Shown here one piece after another: positions 18,311 through 28,373 of a stretch of DNA of 64,000 nt; within the stretch, counting starts at the first letter, position 1, and the number at the start of each line of letters is the position of its first letter. The notes beneath the pieces are model-generated. The model searched no databases and was not told the origin of the DNA. It saw only the letters and a list, made by a program, of their open reading frames with translations. The stretch lies in IMG/VR virus record IMGVR_UViG_3300009068_000023; one strand, given 5' to 3'. Origin of the DNA: a virus. A program made the translations under genes and the position numbers.

Positions 18311-20425
18311 ATGGCATTTCAAGTTAGTCCAGGTGTAAATGTCACTGAAATTGACTTGACCACTGTAGTCCCAGCAGTATCAACAACAGAAGGCGCTCTA
18401 GCTGGCGTTTTTCGTTGGGGACCAGTTGGCAAAAGAATTTTAGTAGACTCAGAAACTAATCTAGTTGCCCGTTTCGGCAAACCAACCAACCACAATGCAG
18501 AAACATTCTTCACTGCAGCTAATTTCCTTGCTTACGGAAATAAGTTATATGTAGTAAGAACTGCTAATACTACCGATGCAACTGGTGCTGACGGTGTATT
18601 AACTGCTTTCGCTAATGTGTCGACAGTATCGTCAGCTACAAACCTCATTATTAAGAACGATGATGACTTTGATAGCACAACTGTACAGACCAATATCGGT
18701 AGCGAAACCAACGTTAGATACATTGCAAGATATCCAGGTGCACTAGGAAACTCGTTAAAAATCTCTGTGTGTGATACAAGCAATGCTTTCTTCTCGAACA
18801 CAGTTCTTGCAGGTAACGGTTCAATTAGCGTTAACGGTAGCATCACATCAGTTCAAGCTTACAACGGTACAAACACTTTTGCTGTAGTAGTTGGTCAAAG
18901 TGGTTCAGGTACTATCGCTGATGCTGTATCACGTGCTGGTACATTACGTAGCCTTCTATCTGTCGGTGACCTAGTTGATTTAGGTAACAATACAATTGGT
19001 ACACAGCTAGTCAAGGTAACATCAGTTGGCTCAGTATCGAACACAGGTACACAAGCAACGTTCACCGTTAATACAGAATCCAAGTTCACATTAGTTGACT
19101 TCGAAGGTGCTGGAATAGCAAACGTGAGCTCAACAAGCGCCGGATACCTAAAGCGTTACTGGCAATATGCCACCGCCGTAGATAAGGCTCCAGGTACATC
19201 AGACTATGTTGCAAACTTTGGTAACTCAGCAGCTGTTGACGAAGTTCACGTTATCGTAGAAGATCAAGACGGTCAGTTTACAGGCGTACCAGGCGCGGTT
19301 CTAGAAGTCTTCCAAGGCCTTTCGAGAGCTACTAACGCTAAGACAACTGATGGATCGACAAACTACGTCAAGGATGTTATTAACCAAAATTCACGTTATG
19401 TTTATTACAACAATAACAGAGTATCTGGTTATACAAATACAGCATTAAACATCGCTTCACTCGCCAATAACACACCACTAGCTCTTTCGTTCGTGGCTGG
19501 TTCAGACGGCGCCGCAGAAGACAGTGTACCTGTTAATGTTCTAACTGCTGGTTATGATATGTTCAGCTCAGCAGAAGATGTTGACATTTCTTTAGTGCTA
19601 CAAGGCAAGGCAACCGGCGGTGAAAATAATGCAACTCTTGGCAACTACATTATTAACAATGTTTGCGAATCAAGAAAAGATTGCGTTGCATTCATTTCTC
19701 CAAGCAAGGCATCAGTAGTACTAAATGCCGGTGGCGACGAAGAAAATGATGTAGTTACATACAGAAATGCTCTTACTTCAACATCGTATGCTGTTCTTGA
19801 CTCAGGTTACAAGTACCAATACGACAAGTACAATGACGTATATCGTTATGTACCTCTAAACGGTGATGTTGCTGGTCTATGCGTAAGAACTGATGATACA
19901 AGAGATCCATGGTTCTCGCCAGCCGGTTTCAACAGAGGCATTATTAAGAACTCAGTAAGACTAGCTTTCAATCCTTCGAAGGCTCAACGTGACGTTCTTT
20001 ACAAGTCAGGTGTTAACCCTGTAGTAACATTCCCAGGTCAAGGCACTCTTCTGTTCGGCGACAAGACTCTTCTTGCCAAGCCATCAGCATTCGACAGAAT
20101 TAACGTTCGTAGATTGTTCATTGTGCTAGAGAAGGCCATTGCAACTGCAGCTAAGTTTACACTATTCGAATTCAACGACCCGTTCACTCGTGCACAGTTC
20201 AAGAACCTTGTTGAGCCTTTCTTGCGTGATGTACAAGGTCGTCGTGGCATCTATGATTTCAAGGTTGTTTGTGATGAATCAAACAACACCGGTGAAGTTA
20301 TTGACCGCAATGAGTTTGTTGGTGACATCTACATTAAGCCTGCTAAGTCGATCAACTTTATCCAGTTGAACTTCGTAGCGGTCAGAACAGGTGTCGAATT
20401 CTCCGAAATCGTTGGACAGTTCTAA
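18311..20425 (+). CDS. gp18: Tail sheath protein
   Basis: SPGVNVTEIDLT...PWFSPAGFNRG...FDRINVRRLF...KPAKSINFIQLNFVA. Confidence 0.97.
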   Translation: MAFQVSPGVNVTEIDLTTVVPAVSTTEGALAGVFRWGPVGKRILVDSETNLVARFGKPTNHNAETFFTAANFLAYGNKLYVVRTANTTDATGADGVLTAFANVSTVSSATNLIIKNDDDFDSTTVQTNIGSETNVRYIARYPGALGNSLKISVCDTSNAFFSNTVLAGNGSISVNGSITSVQAYNGTNTFAVVVGQSGSGTIADAVSRAGTLRSLLSVGDLVDLGNNTIGTQLVKVTSVGSVSNTGTQATFTVNTESKFTLVDFEGAGIANVSSTSAGYLKRYWQYATAVDKAPGTSDYVANFGNSAAVDEVHVIVEDQDGQFTGVPGAVLEVFQGLSRATNAKTTDGSTNYVKDVINQNSRYVYYNNNRVSGYTNTALNIASLANNTPLALSFVAGSDGAAEDSVPVNVLTAGYDMFSSAEDVDISLVLQGKATGGENNATLGNYIINNVCESRKDCVAFISPSKASVVLNAGGDEENDVVTYRNALTSTSYAVLDSGYKYQYDKYNDVYRYVPLNGDVAGLCVRTDDTRDPWFSPAGFNRGIIKNSVRLAFNPSKAQRDVLYKSGVNPVVTFPGQGTLLFGDKTLLAKPSAFDRINVRRLFIVLEKAIATAAKFTLFEFNDPFTRAQFKNLVEPFLRDVQGRRGIYDFKVVCDESNNTGEVIDRNEFVGDIYIKPAKSINFIQLNFVAVRTGVEFSEIVGQF

Positions 20426-20450
20426 TAAATAAAGACAAAGGAGAAAAGAC

Positions 20451-21002
20451 ATGGCTTTCAATGTAAATGAGATTAGAAGTCAGCTAACGCTAGGGGGTGC
20501 AAGACAGTCGCTATTCCAAGTGACTATCCAGAACCCCGCTAACGGCGTTGCTGACATCAAGGTACCTTTCCTAGTTAAGGCAGCTCAAATTCCTGCCTCA
20601 ACTCTAGGAACTATCGAAGTACCATACTTTGGTCGTAAGATCAGATTAGCTGGCGATAGAACATTTGATGCTTGGACTGTTACTGTAATTAACGATGAAG
20701 ACTTCCTAATCCGTAATGCTATGGAACAGTGGTCAAATCAAATCCAATCGTTACAAGGCAACTTAAGAACGTTTGGTGGTGCTAGCCCACTTCTTTACAA
20801 GGCTCAAGCACAAGTAACACAGTTCTCGAAGACAGGTGTGCCTATCAGAACTTACAACTTTAATGGTATTTACCCATCGGATATCTCTGCTATTGATCTA
20901 GCATGGGATTCGACAGATGCAATTGAAGAATTTACTGTAACATTCCAGTATGACTATTGGGAAGTTTCAGGTGGTATTACTGGTAATGCAGGCGGAGTTT
21001 AA
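20451..21002 (+). CDS. gp19: Tail tube protein
   Basis: GGARQSLF...YFGRKIRLAGDRTFDAWTVTVINDEDF; AATAAATA at 20424-20431. Confidence 0.95.
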   Translation: MAFNVNEIRSQLTLGGARQSLFQVTIQNPANGVADIKVPFLVKAAQIPASTLGTIEVPYFGRKIRLAGDRTFDAWTVTVINDEDFLIRNAMEQWSNQIQSLQGNLRTFGGASPLLYKAQAQVTQFSKTGVPIRTYNFNGIYPSDISAIDLAWDSTDAIEEFTVTFQYDYWEVSGGITGNAGGV

Positions 21003-21021
21003 CTCTTAATTTGAGGCAGTT

Positions 21022-22572
21022 ATGATATTATTTGGTTTTGAAATTAAAAGGCCTGGGAATTCCGCCCAGGAGCAGTCAAAGGAGCCATCGTTCGTACCAC
21101 AAGTATCGGACGATGGCGCCCTTGTTGTTGCAGCTGGCGGCGCGTACGGCACATATATTGACTTAGAAGGTACTGTTAAATCTGAAGCAGATTTAGTTAA
21201 CAAGTATCGAATGATGTCAATGCACCCGGAAGTAGATAGCGCAATAGATGATGTAGTTAATGAAGCAATAGTATCAGATGACGATTCCCCTCCAGTAAGA
21301 ATAATTCTGGATGATACAAACCTATCAGCGTCCGTTAAAAGAGCTATCACTCAAGAATTCGAAGAAATAACAACGTTATTAAATTTTAATAATCAGTGTT
21401 ATGAAATTTTTAGAAGGTGGTATATTGATGGTAGACTATATCTACATGCTATCATTAATATAGACAATCCTAAACTAGGCATTCAAGAATTAAGATTCAT
21501 TGACCCTAGAAGAATTAGAAAAGTAAAAGAAGTACAAAAGAAAAAAGATCCAAAGACCAATGCAACTTTAAATTCCACAAAAGCTGAATACTACATTTAT
21601 TCAGAAAAGAATTTTAATGACAGCACATCGGTTGCAAGTTCAAGCCCTACTGCAGCTTTAAAGATTGCTAAAGATAGTATTGTGCATGTTACATCTGGTC
21701 TTTTAGATGTAAGCAATACTTTGGTACTTTCGTATCTACACAAAGCTATCAAGCCTCTTAATCAATTAAGAACTCTAGAAGATGCAACAGTTATCTATAG
21801 AGTATCAAGAGCGCCAGAAAGAAGAATATTCTATATTGACGTGGGTAATCTGCCAAAAATGAAGGCGGAACAATATCTTCAAGATATGATGACACGCCAT
21901 AAAAATAGACTAGTATATGATGCATCGACTGGTGAGCTTAGAGATGATCGTAAGTTCATGACAATGCTTGAAGACTACTGGCTACCAAGACGTGAAGGTA
22001 ACAGAGGCACAGAAATTACAACACTGCCTGGCGGTCAAAACCTAGGTGAGATGGCTGACGTAGAATACTTTCAGATGAAGTTGTATGAAAGTCTTAACGT
22101 ACCAGTATCTAGACTCAAAACAGATACCGCGTTTAATCTAGGAAGATCAACCGAAATCTCACGCGATGAAGTTAAATTCTCTAAATTTATTGATAGATTA
22201 AGATTAAGATTTTCACAAATCTTTATTAAGTGTCTAGAGAAGCAACTTATTCTTAAAGGTATAACCACTCCAGAAGACTGGGATGAGTTCTCTAGCAAAA
22301 TTAAATTTGATTATGCAAAAGACAATTACTTTGCAGAATTAAAAGATACAGAAGTGCTTACTGAAAGATTAAACAGTCTTGCGCTAATTACACCTTATGC
22401 AGGGGTATATTATTCTAATGATTGGATTAGAAGACATGTTCTCCGTCAAACAGATGAAGAAATTGAGATTCTAGATAAGCAGATATCTAAAGAAAAAAAT
22501 AACCCTCAATTTGCATCATTAGCTTTAGGTGGAGAAGAGCCTCAAGCACCTACAGACAACACACAAGCATAA
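21022..22572 (+). CDS. gp20: Portal vertex protein
   Basis: YRVSRAPERRIFYIDVGNLPKMKAEQYL...EDYWLPRREGNRGTEITTLPGGQNLG. Confidence 0.97.
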   Translation: MILFGFEIKRPGNSAQEQSKEPSFVPQVSDDGALVVAAGGAYGTYIDLEGTVKSEADLVNKYRMMSMHPEVDSAIDDVVNEAIVSDDDSPPVRIILDDTNLSASVKRAITQEFEEITTLLNFNNQCYEIFRRWYIDGRLYLHAIINIDNPKLGIQELRFIDPRRIRKVKEVQKKKDPKTNATLNSTKAEYYIYSEKNFNDSTSVASSSPTAALKIAKDSIVHVTSGLLDVSNTLVLSYLHKAIKPLNQLRTLEDATVIYRVSRAPERRIFYIDVGNLPKMKAEQYLQDMMTRHKNRLVYDASTGELRDDRKFMTMLEDYWLPRREGNRGTEITTLPGGQNLGEMADVEYFQMKLYESLNVPVSRLKTDTAFNLGRSTEISRDEVKFSKFIDRLRLRFSQIFIKCLEKQLILKGITTPEDWDEFSSKIKFDYAKDNYFAELKDTEVLTERLNSLALITPYAGVYYSNDWIRRHVLRQTDEEIEILDKQISKEKNNPQFASLALGGEEPQAPTDNTQA

Positions 22573-22586
22573 GTAATTTTAAATAG

Positions 22587-22594
22587 TATAAATA
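22587..22594 (+). promoter_or_regulatory. T4-type late promoter
   Basis: TATAAATA upstream of 22607. Confidence 0.8.
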
Positions 22595-22606
22595 AAAGGA
22601 ATAATT

Positions 22607-22855
22607 ATGACTGACTTTAATATTAGTGATATGATTGATAGCGTTTTAGAGAACAACCCTTCTACATTTAAAGACGCTTTTAATAGTGTTATGGCTCAAA
22701 AGGTTGCTGCTGCTTTAGTAACTAAAAAGCAAGAAGTAGCAGCTTCTATGTATAATAATGAGCAAGAGTCAGAAGTAGAAACGGATTCAGAAGCTGTTCC
22801 CGAACAGGAAGTAGAAACAGAGGCCGAAAATGTCGATCAAACTCAAGAAGCTTAA
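22607..22855 (+). CDS. Prohead core protein (gp67-like)
   Basis: Small acidic protein directly after gp20. Confidence 0.65.
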   Translation: MTDFNISDMIDSVLENNPSTFKDAFNSVMAQKVAAALVTKKQEVAASMYNNEQESEVETDSEAVPEQEVETEAENVDQTQEA

Positions 22856-23861
22856 AGAACTATACGTACCAAAATCAGCAGACGAAAAGAAGTTCGTTGA
22901 CAAGCACGTAGTCGCTAAGACTGCTGATGCTAACAAGAACGATGATGCTGTGTTTGATGGTTCAAAGGTAAAAACAATCAAGAGAAAAGAAACTCGTCAT
23001 GGCTACGATAATGAAGAGGACGTTAAGGTCTATGAAGAACTAGAACACCTTGACGAAATTTCTCATGAAGGTGCTGTTCGTGCTGCTTCAGTATGGAAGA
23101 ACAAAGGCGACTACAGACGCTCGATGCTGTATACTAAATTAGCCAAGGCATTAGAAGACGGTGATAGAACTACCGCCGCAGGATACGAAGCTCAACTACG
23201 CGCTCTAAAAGAAGAGAACATCGATGAGAAGCTAAAGCCATCGATGGGCGCCGGTGAATATGTTTCTGACTTTCAAAAGTCAAATGCTCCACAATTTGCT
23301 GGCAAGTCAAAAGAGAAGCGCAGAATGATGGGAATTGCTGCCTACCTTTCAGCCAAGAAGGGCGTGATGAAGGAAGAAGTTGATCCTCCTTTTATTCCAG
23401 ACAAGAAGAAATCATCTGCTAATGTTACAGACAAATCTGGCGCACATCATACCGCAATGTCAAGAGTTAGACACTTGGCAAAACAAGCACTAGAAAAGCA
23501 AAAGAAGATAAAGAATGAGGAAATCGAACAAGTAGATGAACTAGACAAGTCGACAATGCGTAGCTATGTTGGTAAAGCTGCAGTAGATATTGCTCGTTCG
23601 GGTATTACACAAGGAATGCTAAAATATCAGAGCAACAAAGAAATAATGGCTAAGCATATTAGCAAGAGACTTAAGGGTATCGATACAGCTACTAAAAAGT
23701 TAGCTTACGAAGAAGTCGATGTTTCTCTATTAGAGCTTTATATCAACCTAGACGAAGATAATAGAAATGTAATGCTTTCTATGATTGAAAAGGGTCTTAG
23801 AGAAGAGCTTTTACAATTCGCACAAAGCATAACGGAGCATCTAGATGCCAACAATAATTAA
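22830..23861 (+). CDS. Prohead core/internal head protein (gp68 position)
   Basis: Charged protein between the gp67-like gene and gp21, with repeated EE..(I/L/V)DE segments resembling prohead-protease sites. Confidence 0.55.
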   Translation: MSIKLKKLKELYVPKSADEKKFVDKHVVAKTADANKNDDAVFDGSKVKTIKRKETRHGYDNEEDVKVYEELEHLDEISHEGAVRAASVWKNKGDYRRSMLYTKLAKALEDGDRTTAAGYEAQLRALKEENIDEKLKPSMGAGEYVSDFQKSNAPQFAGKSKEKRRMMGIAAYLSAKKGVMKEEVDPPFIPDKKKSSANVTDKSGAHHTAMSRVRHLAKQALEKQKKIKNEEIEQVDELDKSTMRSYVGKAAVDIARSGITQGMLKYQSNKEIMAKHISKRLKGIDTATKKLAYEEVDVSLLELYINLDEDNRNVMLSMIEKGLREELLQFAQSITEHLDANNN

Positions 23862-24201
23862 TCAAAAGAATGGCAAGATAGTCATTCATGCAACAGCAAA
23901 CGTTAATTCAAACGTTGCCTCATTTGCTTTGTCTGGGGAGAACTACACAGATATACAAGTATCACAAGTATTCTGGTCTGCCAATACAGACGTCTTTGTA
24001 AAGCGCGGATCAAACACCCTGCTCTATTTTCCACCTAACTCAACTGGTGGCATAGACTTTGCAGGTGAAGGAATGGCTCTTTCTCAAGATTCTTCTGCTA
24101 ATGTTGTAATTACTATTGGTAGCGGTGGCGCCGGCTTTGTACTATTAGAGCTTACCAAGATGATACAATATCCAGCCACCTACGATTACTTCGAGAACTA
24201 A
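23845..24201 (+). CDS. Hypothetical small beta-rich head-associated protein
   Basis: 118-aa ORF with GGAG RBS in the head operon. Confidence 0.5.
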   Translation: MPTIINQKNGKIVIHATANVNSNVASFALSGENYTDIQVSQVFWSANTDVFVKRGSNTLLYFPPNSTGGIDFAGEGMALSQDSSANVVITIGSGGAGFVLLELTKMIQYPATYDYFEN

Positions 24202-24202
24202 A

Positions 24203-24868
24203 ATGAAACTAATTAGCGAACTAGTAGAAGAAGTAAGATACGTTGTAGAAGAAAAGGAAGCAGGCAAAAAAGACTTCTACATTGAGGGTGTCTATCTTCA
24301 AGGCAACATTAAGAACAGAAATAACCGTGTCTATAAAACTGAAACTCTTGATAGAGAAGTTAATAGATACATCAAAGAATATGTTGAAAAGAATAGAGCT
24401 TTTGGAGAGCTAGGACATCCATCAGGACCTACTCTTAATCTAGAACGCTCATCGCATATTATAAAGAGCCTTAAGAGAGAAGGCAACAATTTTATTGGTA
24501 AGGCCAAGATTCTAGATACTCCATACGGTAATATCGTTAAGAATTTAATGCAAGAAGGAGCACAACTGGGTGTTTCTTCAAGAGGAATGGGCACAGTAAA
24601 AACAAATAAAGAAGGTATCCAAGAAGTACAAGATGACTTTTATCTTGCTACAGCAGCGGATATCGTTGCCGATCCTTCAGCACCAGATGCTTTTGTAAGA
24701 GGTATTATGGAAGGTGTTGAATGGGTAATGAATCCTGATGGCGGTTTTAAAATGATTCAAGTCACAGAAACAATGCGCACAGAAATGAAAAAAATGACTA
24801 GCCGTCAAATTCAAGAAGGTAAGATGCATTTATTCCAAAAATTCCTTGATGAATTAATAAAAAAGTAA
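24203..24868 (+). CDS. gp21: Prohead protease
   Basis: KNRNNRVY...GELGHP...LGVSSRGMG...DIVADPSAPDAFV. Confidence 0.96.
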   Translation: MKLISELVEEVRYVVEEKEAGKKDFYIEGVYLQGNIKNRNNRVYKTETLDREVNRYIKEYVEKNRAFGELGHPSGPTLNLERSSHIIKSLKREGNNFIGKAKILDTPYGNIVKNLMQEGAQLGVSSRGMGTVKTNKEGIQEVQDDFYLATAADIVADPSAPDAFVRGIMEGVEWVMNPDGGFKMIQVTETMRTEMKKMTSRQIQEGKMHLFQKFLDELIKK

Positions 24869-24882
24869 TAAAAATAAAGTTT

Positions 24883-24890
24883 TATAAATA
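24883..24890 (+). promoter_or_regulatory. T4-type late promoter
   Basis: TATAAATA upstream of gp22. Confidence 0.8.
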
Positions 24891-24916
24891 ACTTTACCAG
24901 TTTAAGGAGTATTAAA

Positions 24917-25885
24917 ATGACACAAGAGATTAATGAGTTTATGGACGTAGGAGGCGGTGCTACAGGAGCTTCGAAGGTTCCTGAGCCAGTAGCAAAAACC
25001 GCTACACTACCCAATTCAAAGAAGCAAGGAGATACATCTCCTCAGAAGGTTGAGGGTGAGGTAGAAGATACAGATAGTGAGAATAACACAAAGCCAACTG
25101 GCGATATGTCTGCTAAGAATAGAGCTTCTATACAAACTCATGGTGGTAGTGGCGCCATGAAGGAAGATATGGAAAACCTATTCCAAGGTGAAGATCTTTC
25201 AGAAGAGTTCAAAGAAAAGGCTACGACTATTTTTGAAGCCGCTGTCGGCGCAAAGGTAGACGAAATAACAGAACAACTTCAAGCCGAGTTTGATGCCAAG
25301 CTTGAAGAGCAAGTAGTTTCTGTTGTTGGCGAAATTTCAGAAACTCTTGACGACTATTTAAATTACATTGTGAACGGATGGCTTGAAGAGAATGAAGTAG
25401 CAATTGAGACAAGCCTACGCTCAGAAATTACAGAAGAATTCATCGAAGGTCTCAAGAATTTATTCGTTGAGCACTACATTGATATCCCTGAAGACAAGGT
25501 TGATGTCGTCGAAGAATTGTCTGTTAAGGTTGAAGAACTTGAAGGCAAGCTTAATGAAGCTATGAATGACAATATTGAACTAAACAAGGCACTGCAAGAA
25601 AACGCCAAGAATCAAATTTTTGCAGATGTTTGCGAAGGTCTAGCTGATACACAAGCTGACAAGTTCGCTACTCTAGCTGAAAACGTTCAATTTGAAGATG
25701 TTGATTCATACAGACGCAAGCTTGAAATAGTCAAAGAAAATTACTTCTCTGCAAAGAAAGTAAGATCTAACATCATCCAAGAAGAAGTAGACAATGCTAG
25801 CGATGAAGCTCAAGCTCAGCCAGTAAAGATGACTGGTCCTGTTGCTAACTACGTACAAGCAATTTCTCGCTCCATAAAGAAATAA
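24917..25885 (+). CDS. gp22: Prohead scaffold protein
   Basis: LSEEFKEKATTIFEAAV...LKNLFVEHYIDIPE; acidic coiled coil. Confidence 0.93.
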   Translation: MTQEINEFMDVGGGATGASKVPEPVAKTATLPNSKKQGDTSPQKVEGEVEDTDSENNTKPTGDMSAKNRASIQTHGGSGAMKEDMENLFQGEDLSEEFKEKATTIFEAAVGAKVDEITEQLQAEFDAKLEEQVVSVVGEISETLDDYLNYIVNGWLEENEVAIETSLRSEITEEFIEGLKNLFVEHYIDIPEDKVDVVEELSVKVEELEGKLNEAMNDNIELNKALQENAKNQIFADVCEGLADTQADKFATLAENVQFEDVDSYRRKLEIVKENYFSAKKVRSNIIQEEVDNASDEAQAQPVKMTGPVANYVQAISRSIKK

Positions 25886-25888
25886 AAA

Positions 25889-25896
25889 TATAAATA
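25889..25896 (+). promoter_or_regulatory. T4-type late promoter
   Basis: TATAAATA upstream of gp23. Confidence 0.85.
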
Positions 25897-25933
25897 TTTA
25901 ACTACCCACAATTTTAAAACAAGGGAGACTAAG

Positions 25934-27286
25934 ATGTATATCAATGAAGAAATTCAACAAAAGTGGCAGCCAGTGCTTGAGCACGCTGATCTACCAAAGA
26001 TCGGTGATTCGCACAAGCGCTATGTTACTGCTACAATCCTAGAGAACACCGAGCGCGCTCTTCGCGAAGCTGGTCAAATCTCGCGTGGTAGCCAGCATCT
26101 TTTTGAAGCTGGTCAACCAGTTAACGCAATGCAAGGTTCGTCGTCAGACGGTACAACTGGCTCGGTAGATATTTTCGATCCAGTTCTTATCAGCCTTGTT
26201 CGTCGTTCGATGCCTAACCTAATCGCTTACGATATCTGCGGCGTACAGCCAATGACAGGCCCAACAGGCTTGATCTTCGCAATGCGTGCCCGTTATGCTA
26301 ACCAAGCTGGTACCGAAGCATTCTACAACGAAGTCAACACAGCATTCTCGACAATCGTTGGTGGCGGTGCTCAGATCGGTAACGCACACGTTGGTGCTCT
26401 AGGTAGCGGTGCTAACACCACCCTTCTAGCTCAATCAGCTAACGTTAACTATGCCCAAGGTATGTCGACATCGACTTCAGAATATCTTGGCTCGAACAAC
26501 ACGCTAGTATTCCCAGAAATGGCTTTCTCAATCGAGAAGGTTTCGGTAACAGCTAAGACACGTGCTCTAAAGGCTGAGTACACAATGGAACTTGCACAAG
26601 ATCTACGTGCTGTTCATGGTCTTGATGCTGAAACAGAACTAAGCAACATTCTTTCGTCAGAAATTCTTGCTGAAATCAACCGCGAAGTTATCCGTACAAT
26701 CTACGTAACTGCTAAGCAGGGTTCGCTAGAAGGCACAACATCTGCCGGTATTTTCGACCTAGACACCGACTCGAACGGTCGTTGGTCAGTTGAAAAGTTC
26801 AAGGGTCTAATGTTCCAACTCGAAAGAGAAGCCAACAAGATCGCCAAGGACACAAGACGTGGTAAGGGCAACGTAGTACTATGCTCGTCAGACGTTGCTT
26901 CAGCTCTTCAAATGGCTGGCGTTCTAGACTACGCTCCTGCTCTTAACAGCAACAACCTACAAGTTGATGATACCGGTGCAACATTCGCTGGTGTACTAAA
27001 CGGCCGTATCCGCGTTTACATCGATCCATATTCGACAGGTAACTTCTTCATGATGGGTTACAAGGGTTCGTCGCCATTTGACGCCGGCCTCTTCTACTGC
27101 CCATACGTTCCTCTACAAATGGTTCGTGCTGTAGACCAAGACACCTTCCAACCAAAGATTGGCTTCAAGACCCGTTATGGTATGGTTGCCAACCCATTTG
27201 CTGAAGGTGCAAGCGCCCAACTAGGTCGCCTAGCAGAAAACAGCAATATATACTATCGCCGTACTATTGTTAACAACCTAATGTAA
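25934..27286 (+). CDS. gp23: Major capsid protein
   Basis: LVRRSMPNLIAYDICGVQPMTGPTGLIFAMR...TFQPKIGFKTRYG. Confidence 0.98.
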   Translation: MYINEEIQQKWQPVLEHADLPKIGDSHKRYVTATILENTERALREAGQISRGSQHLFEAGQPVNAMQGSSSDGTTGSVDIFDPVLISLVRRSMPNLIAYDICGVQPMTGPTGLIFAMRARYANQAGTEAFYNEVNTAFSTIVGGGAQIGNAHVGALGSGANTTLLAQSANVNYAQGMSTSTSEYLGSNNTLVFPEMAFSIEKVSVTAKTRALKAEYTMELAQDLRAVHGLDAETELSNILSSEILAEINREVIRTIYVTAKQGSLEGTTSAGIFDLDTDSNGRWSVEKFKGLMFQLEREANKIAKDTRRGKGNVVLCSSDVASALQMAGVLDYAPALNSNNLQVDDTGATFAGVLNGRIRVYIDPYSTGNFFMMGYKGSSPFDAGLFYCPYVPLQMVRAVDQDTFQPKIGFKTRYGMVANPFAEGASAQLGRLAENSNIYYRRTIVNNLM

Positions 27287-27323
27287 TATTAGACATAAAA
27301 ATATAATAGTATAGCTGCATATT

Positions 27324-27351
27324 AAGCCCGCTGGAAACAGCGGGCTTTTTT
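27324..27351 (+). terminator. Rho-independent terminator after gp23
   Basis: AAGCCCGCTG-GAAA-CAGCGGGCTT followed by a T run. Confidence 0.9.
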
Positions 27352-27354
27352 CTT

Positions 27355-27362
27355 TATAAATA
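27355..27362 (+). promoter_or_regulatory. Late promoter for gp3
   Basis: TATAAATA ending 5 nt before ATG 27368, implying a nearly leaderless mRNA. Confidence 0.7.
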
Positions 27363-27367
27363 AGCAT

Positions 27368-27892
27368 ATGAGCGCAATAAACAACATTCCAAACAATCCT
27401 AATTTTCTCTCTCCTCTAGGCTTTAAGTTTAGTATAAAGAGATGTCCAGGATTTAACTACTTCGTCCAGTCAGCATCAGTGCCAGGAACTAGTATTGGTG
27501 TTGCTACAGTGTCTACCCCATTCGTAGATCTTCCATTCACTGGTGTCAAGAACACATATGAAGATCTAAGAATCACTTTCAAGGTAGACGAAGAGCTCCG
27601 CAACTACAAAGAAATATTTGACTGGATGACAGCTATCAGCTTCCCAGACAACTTTGATCAATACGGTTCAATAGCTAATTCAAAAGCAGGCTCTGGCACA
27701 GGCATCTATTCTGATGCAACGCTTACAATTCTAAACAGTGCCAGAAATCCTATCATGGATGTATACTTTAAGAATCTGTTTCCATACGCGCTTTCAGAAC
27801 TTAAGTTCAGTACTACAGATACTGATGTCAACTACATTGAAGTATCAGCAGACTTCAAATATCAAACCTTTACAATGGGTTACTTGACTTAA
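27368..27892 (+). CDS. gp3: Tail completion/tube terminator protein
   Basis: NFLSPLGFKF...FKVDEELRNYKEIFDWM...SDATLTIL. Confidence 0.88.
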   Translation: MSAINNIPNNPNFLSPLGFKFSIKRCPGFNYFVQSASVPGTSIGVATVSTPFVDLPFTGVKNTYEDLRITFKVDEELRNYKEIFDWMTAISFPDNFDQYGSIANSKAGSGTGIYSDATLTILNSARNPIMDVYFKNLFPYALSELKFSTTDTDVNYIEVSADFKYQTFTMGYLT

Positions 27893-27912
27893 GTAACAGT
27901 ATATACTATAAT
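27884..27912 (+). promoter_or_regulatory. Sigma70-type promoter for the uvsY-uvsW-gp55 operon
   Basis: TTGACT-N17-TATAAT. Confidence 0.85.
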
Positions 27913-27938
27913 ACTAGCAATTAACTAAGGTAATTGCT

Positions 27939-28373
27939 ATGAAGTTAGAAGAAATACAACAGCATTGGGAACGCGATTCAACCGTCGATCGCACCGAGCT
28001 AGGTGAAGAAAGTCTTAGGATACCTCAATTACATTCGAAATACTTTAAGTTCTTTTCTGCAGAAAGACTTCTTCTTAGAAAGATGGAGTATGAGTACAAG
28101 AGTTTACATAAAGAGAAGTACGAGTATTACGCAGGAACACTAGATGAAAATACTCTTAATGCTAACGGCTGGGAACCTTTTGCATTGAGAGTTCTTAGAG
28201 CAGATATTCCAATGTATCTAGATTCAGATACAGACATACGGAATGCTTCTCTTAAAATTAAGATGCAGGAAGAGAAGGTAGAGTTTTTAGAATCTATCCT
28301 CAAGTCACTTCCTAATAGAGGGTATCAAATTGCTCAAGCAATAGCGTGGGAGAAGTTTAAAGTTGGTGCCTGA
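27939..28373 (+). CDS. uvsY: Recombination mediator
   Basis: LGEESLRIPQLHSKY...YYAG...NRGYQIAQAIAWEKF. Confidence 0.9.
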   Translation: MKLEEIQQHWERDSTVDRTELGEESLRIPQLHSKYFKFFSAERLLLRKMEYEYKSLHKEKYEYYAGTLDENTLNANGWEPFALRVLRADIPMYLDSDTDIRNASLKIKMQEEKVEFLESILKSLPNRGYQIAQAIAWEKFKVGA

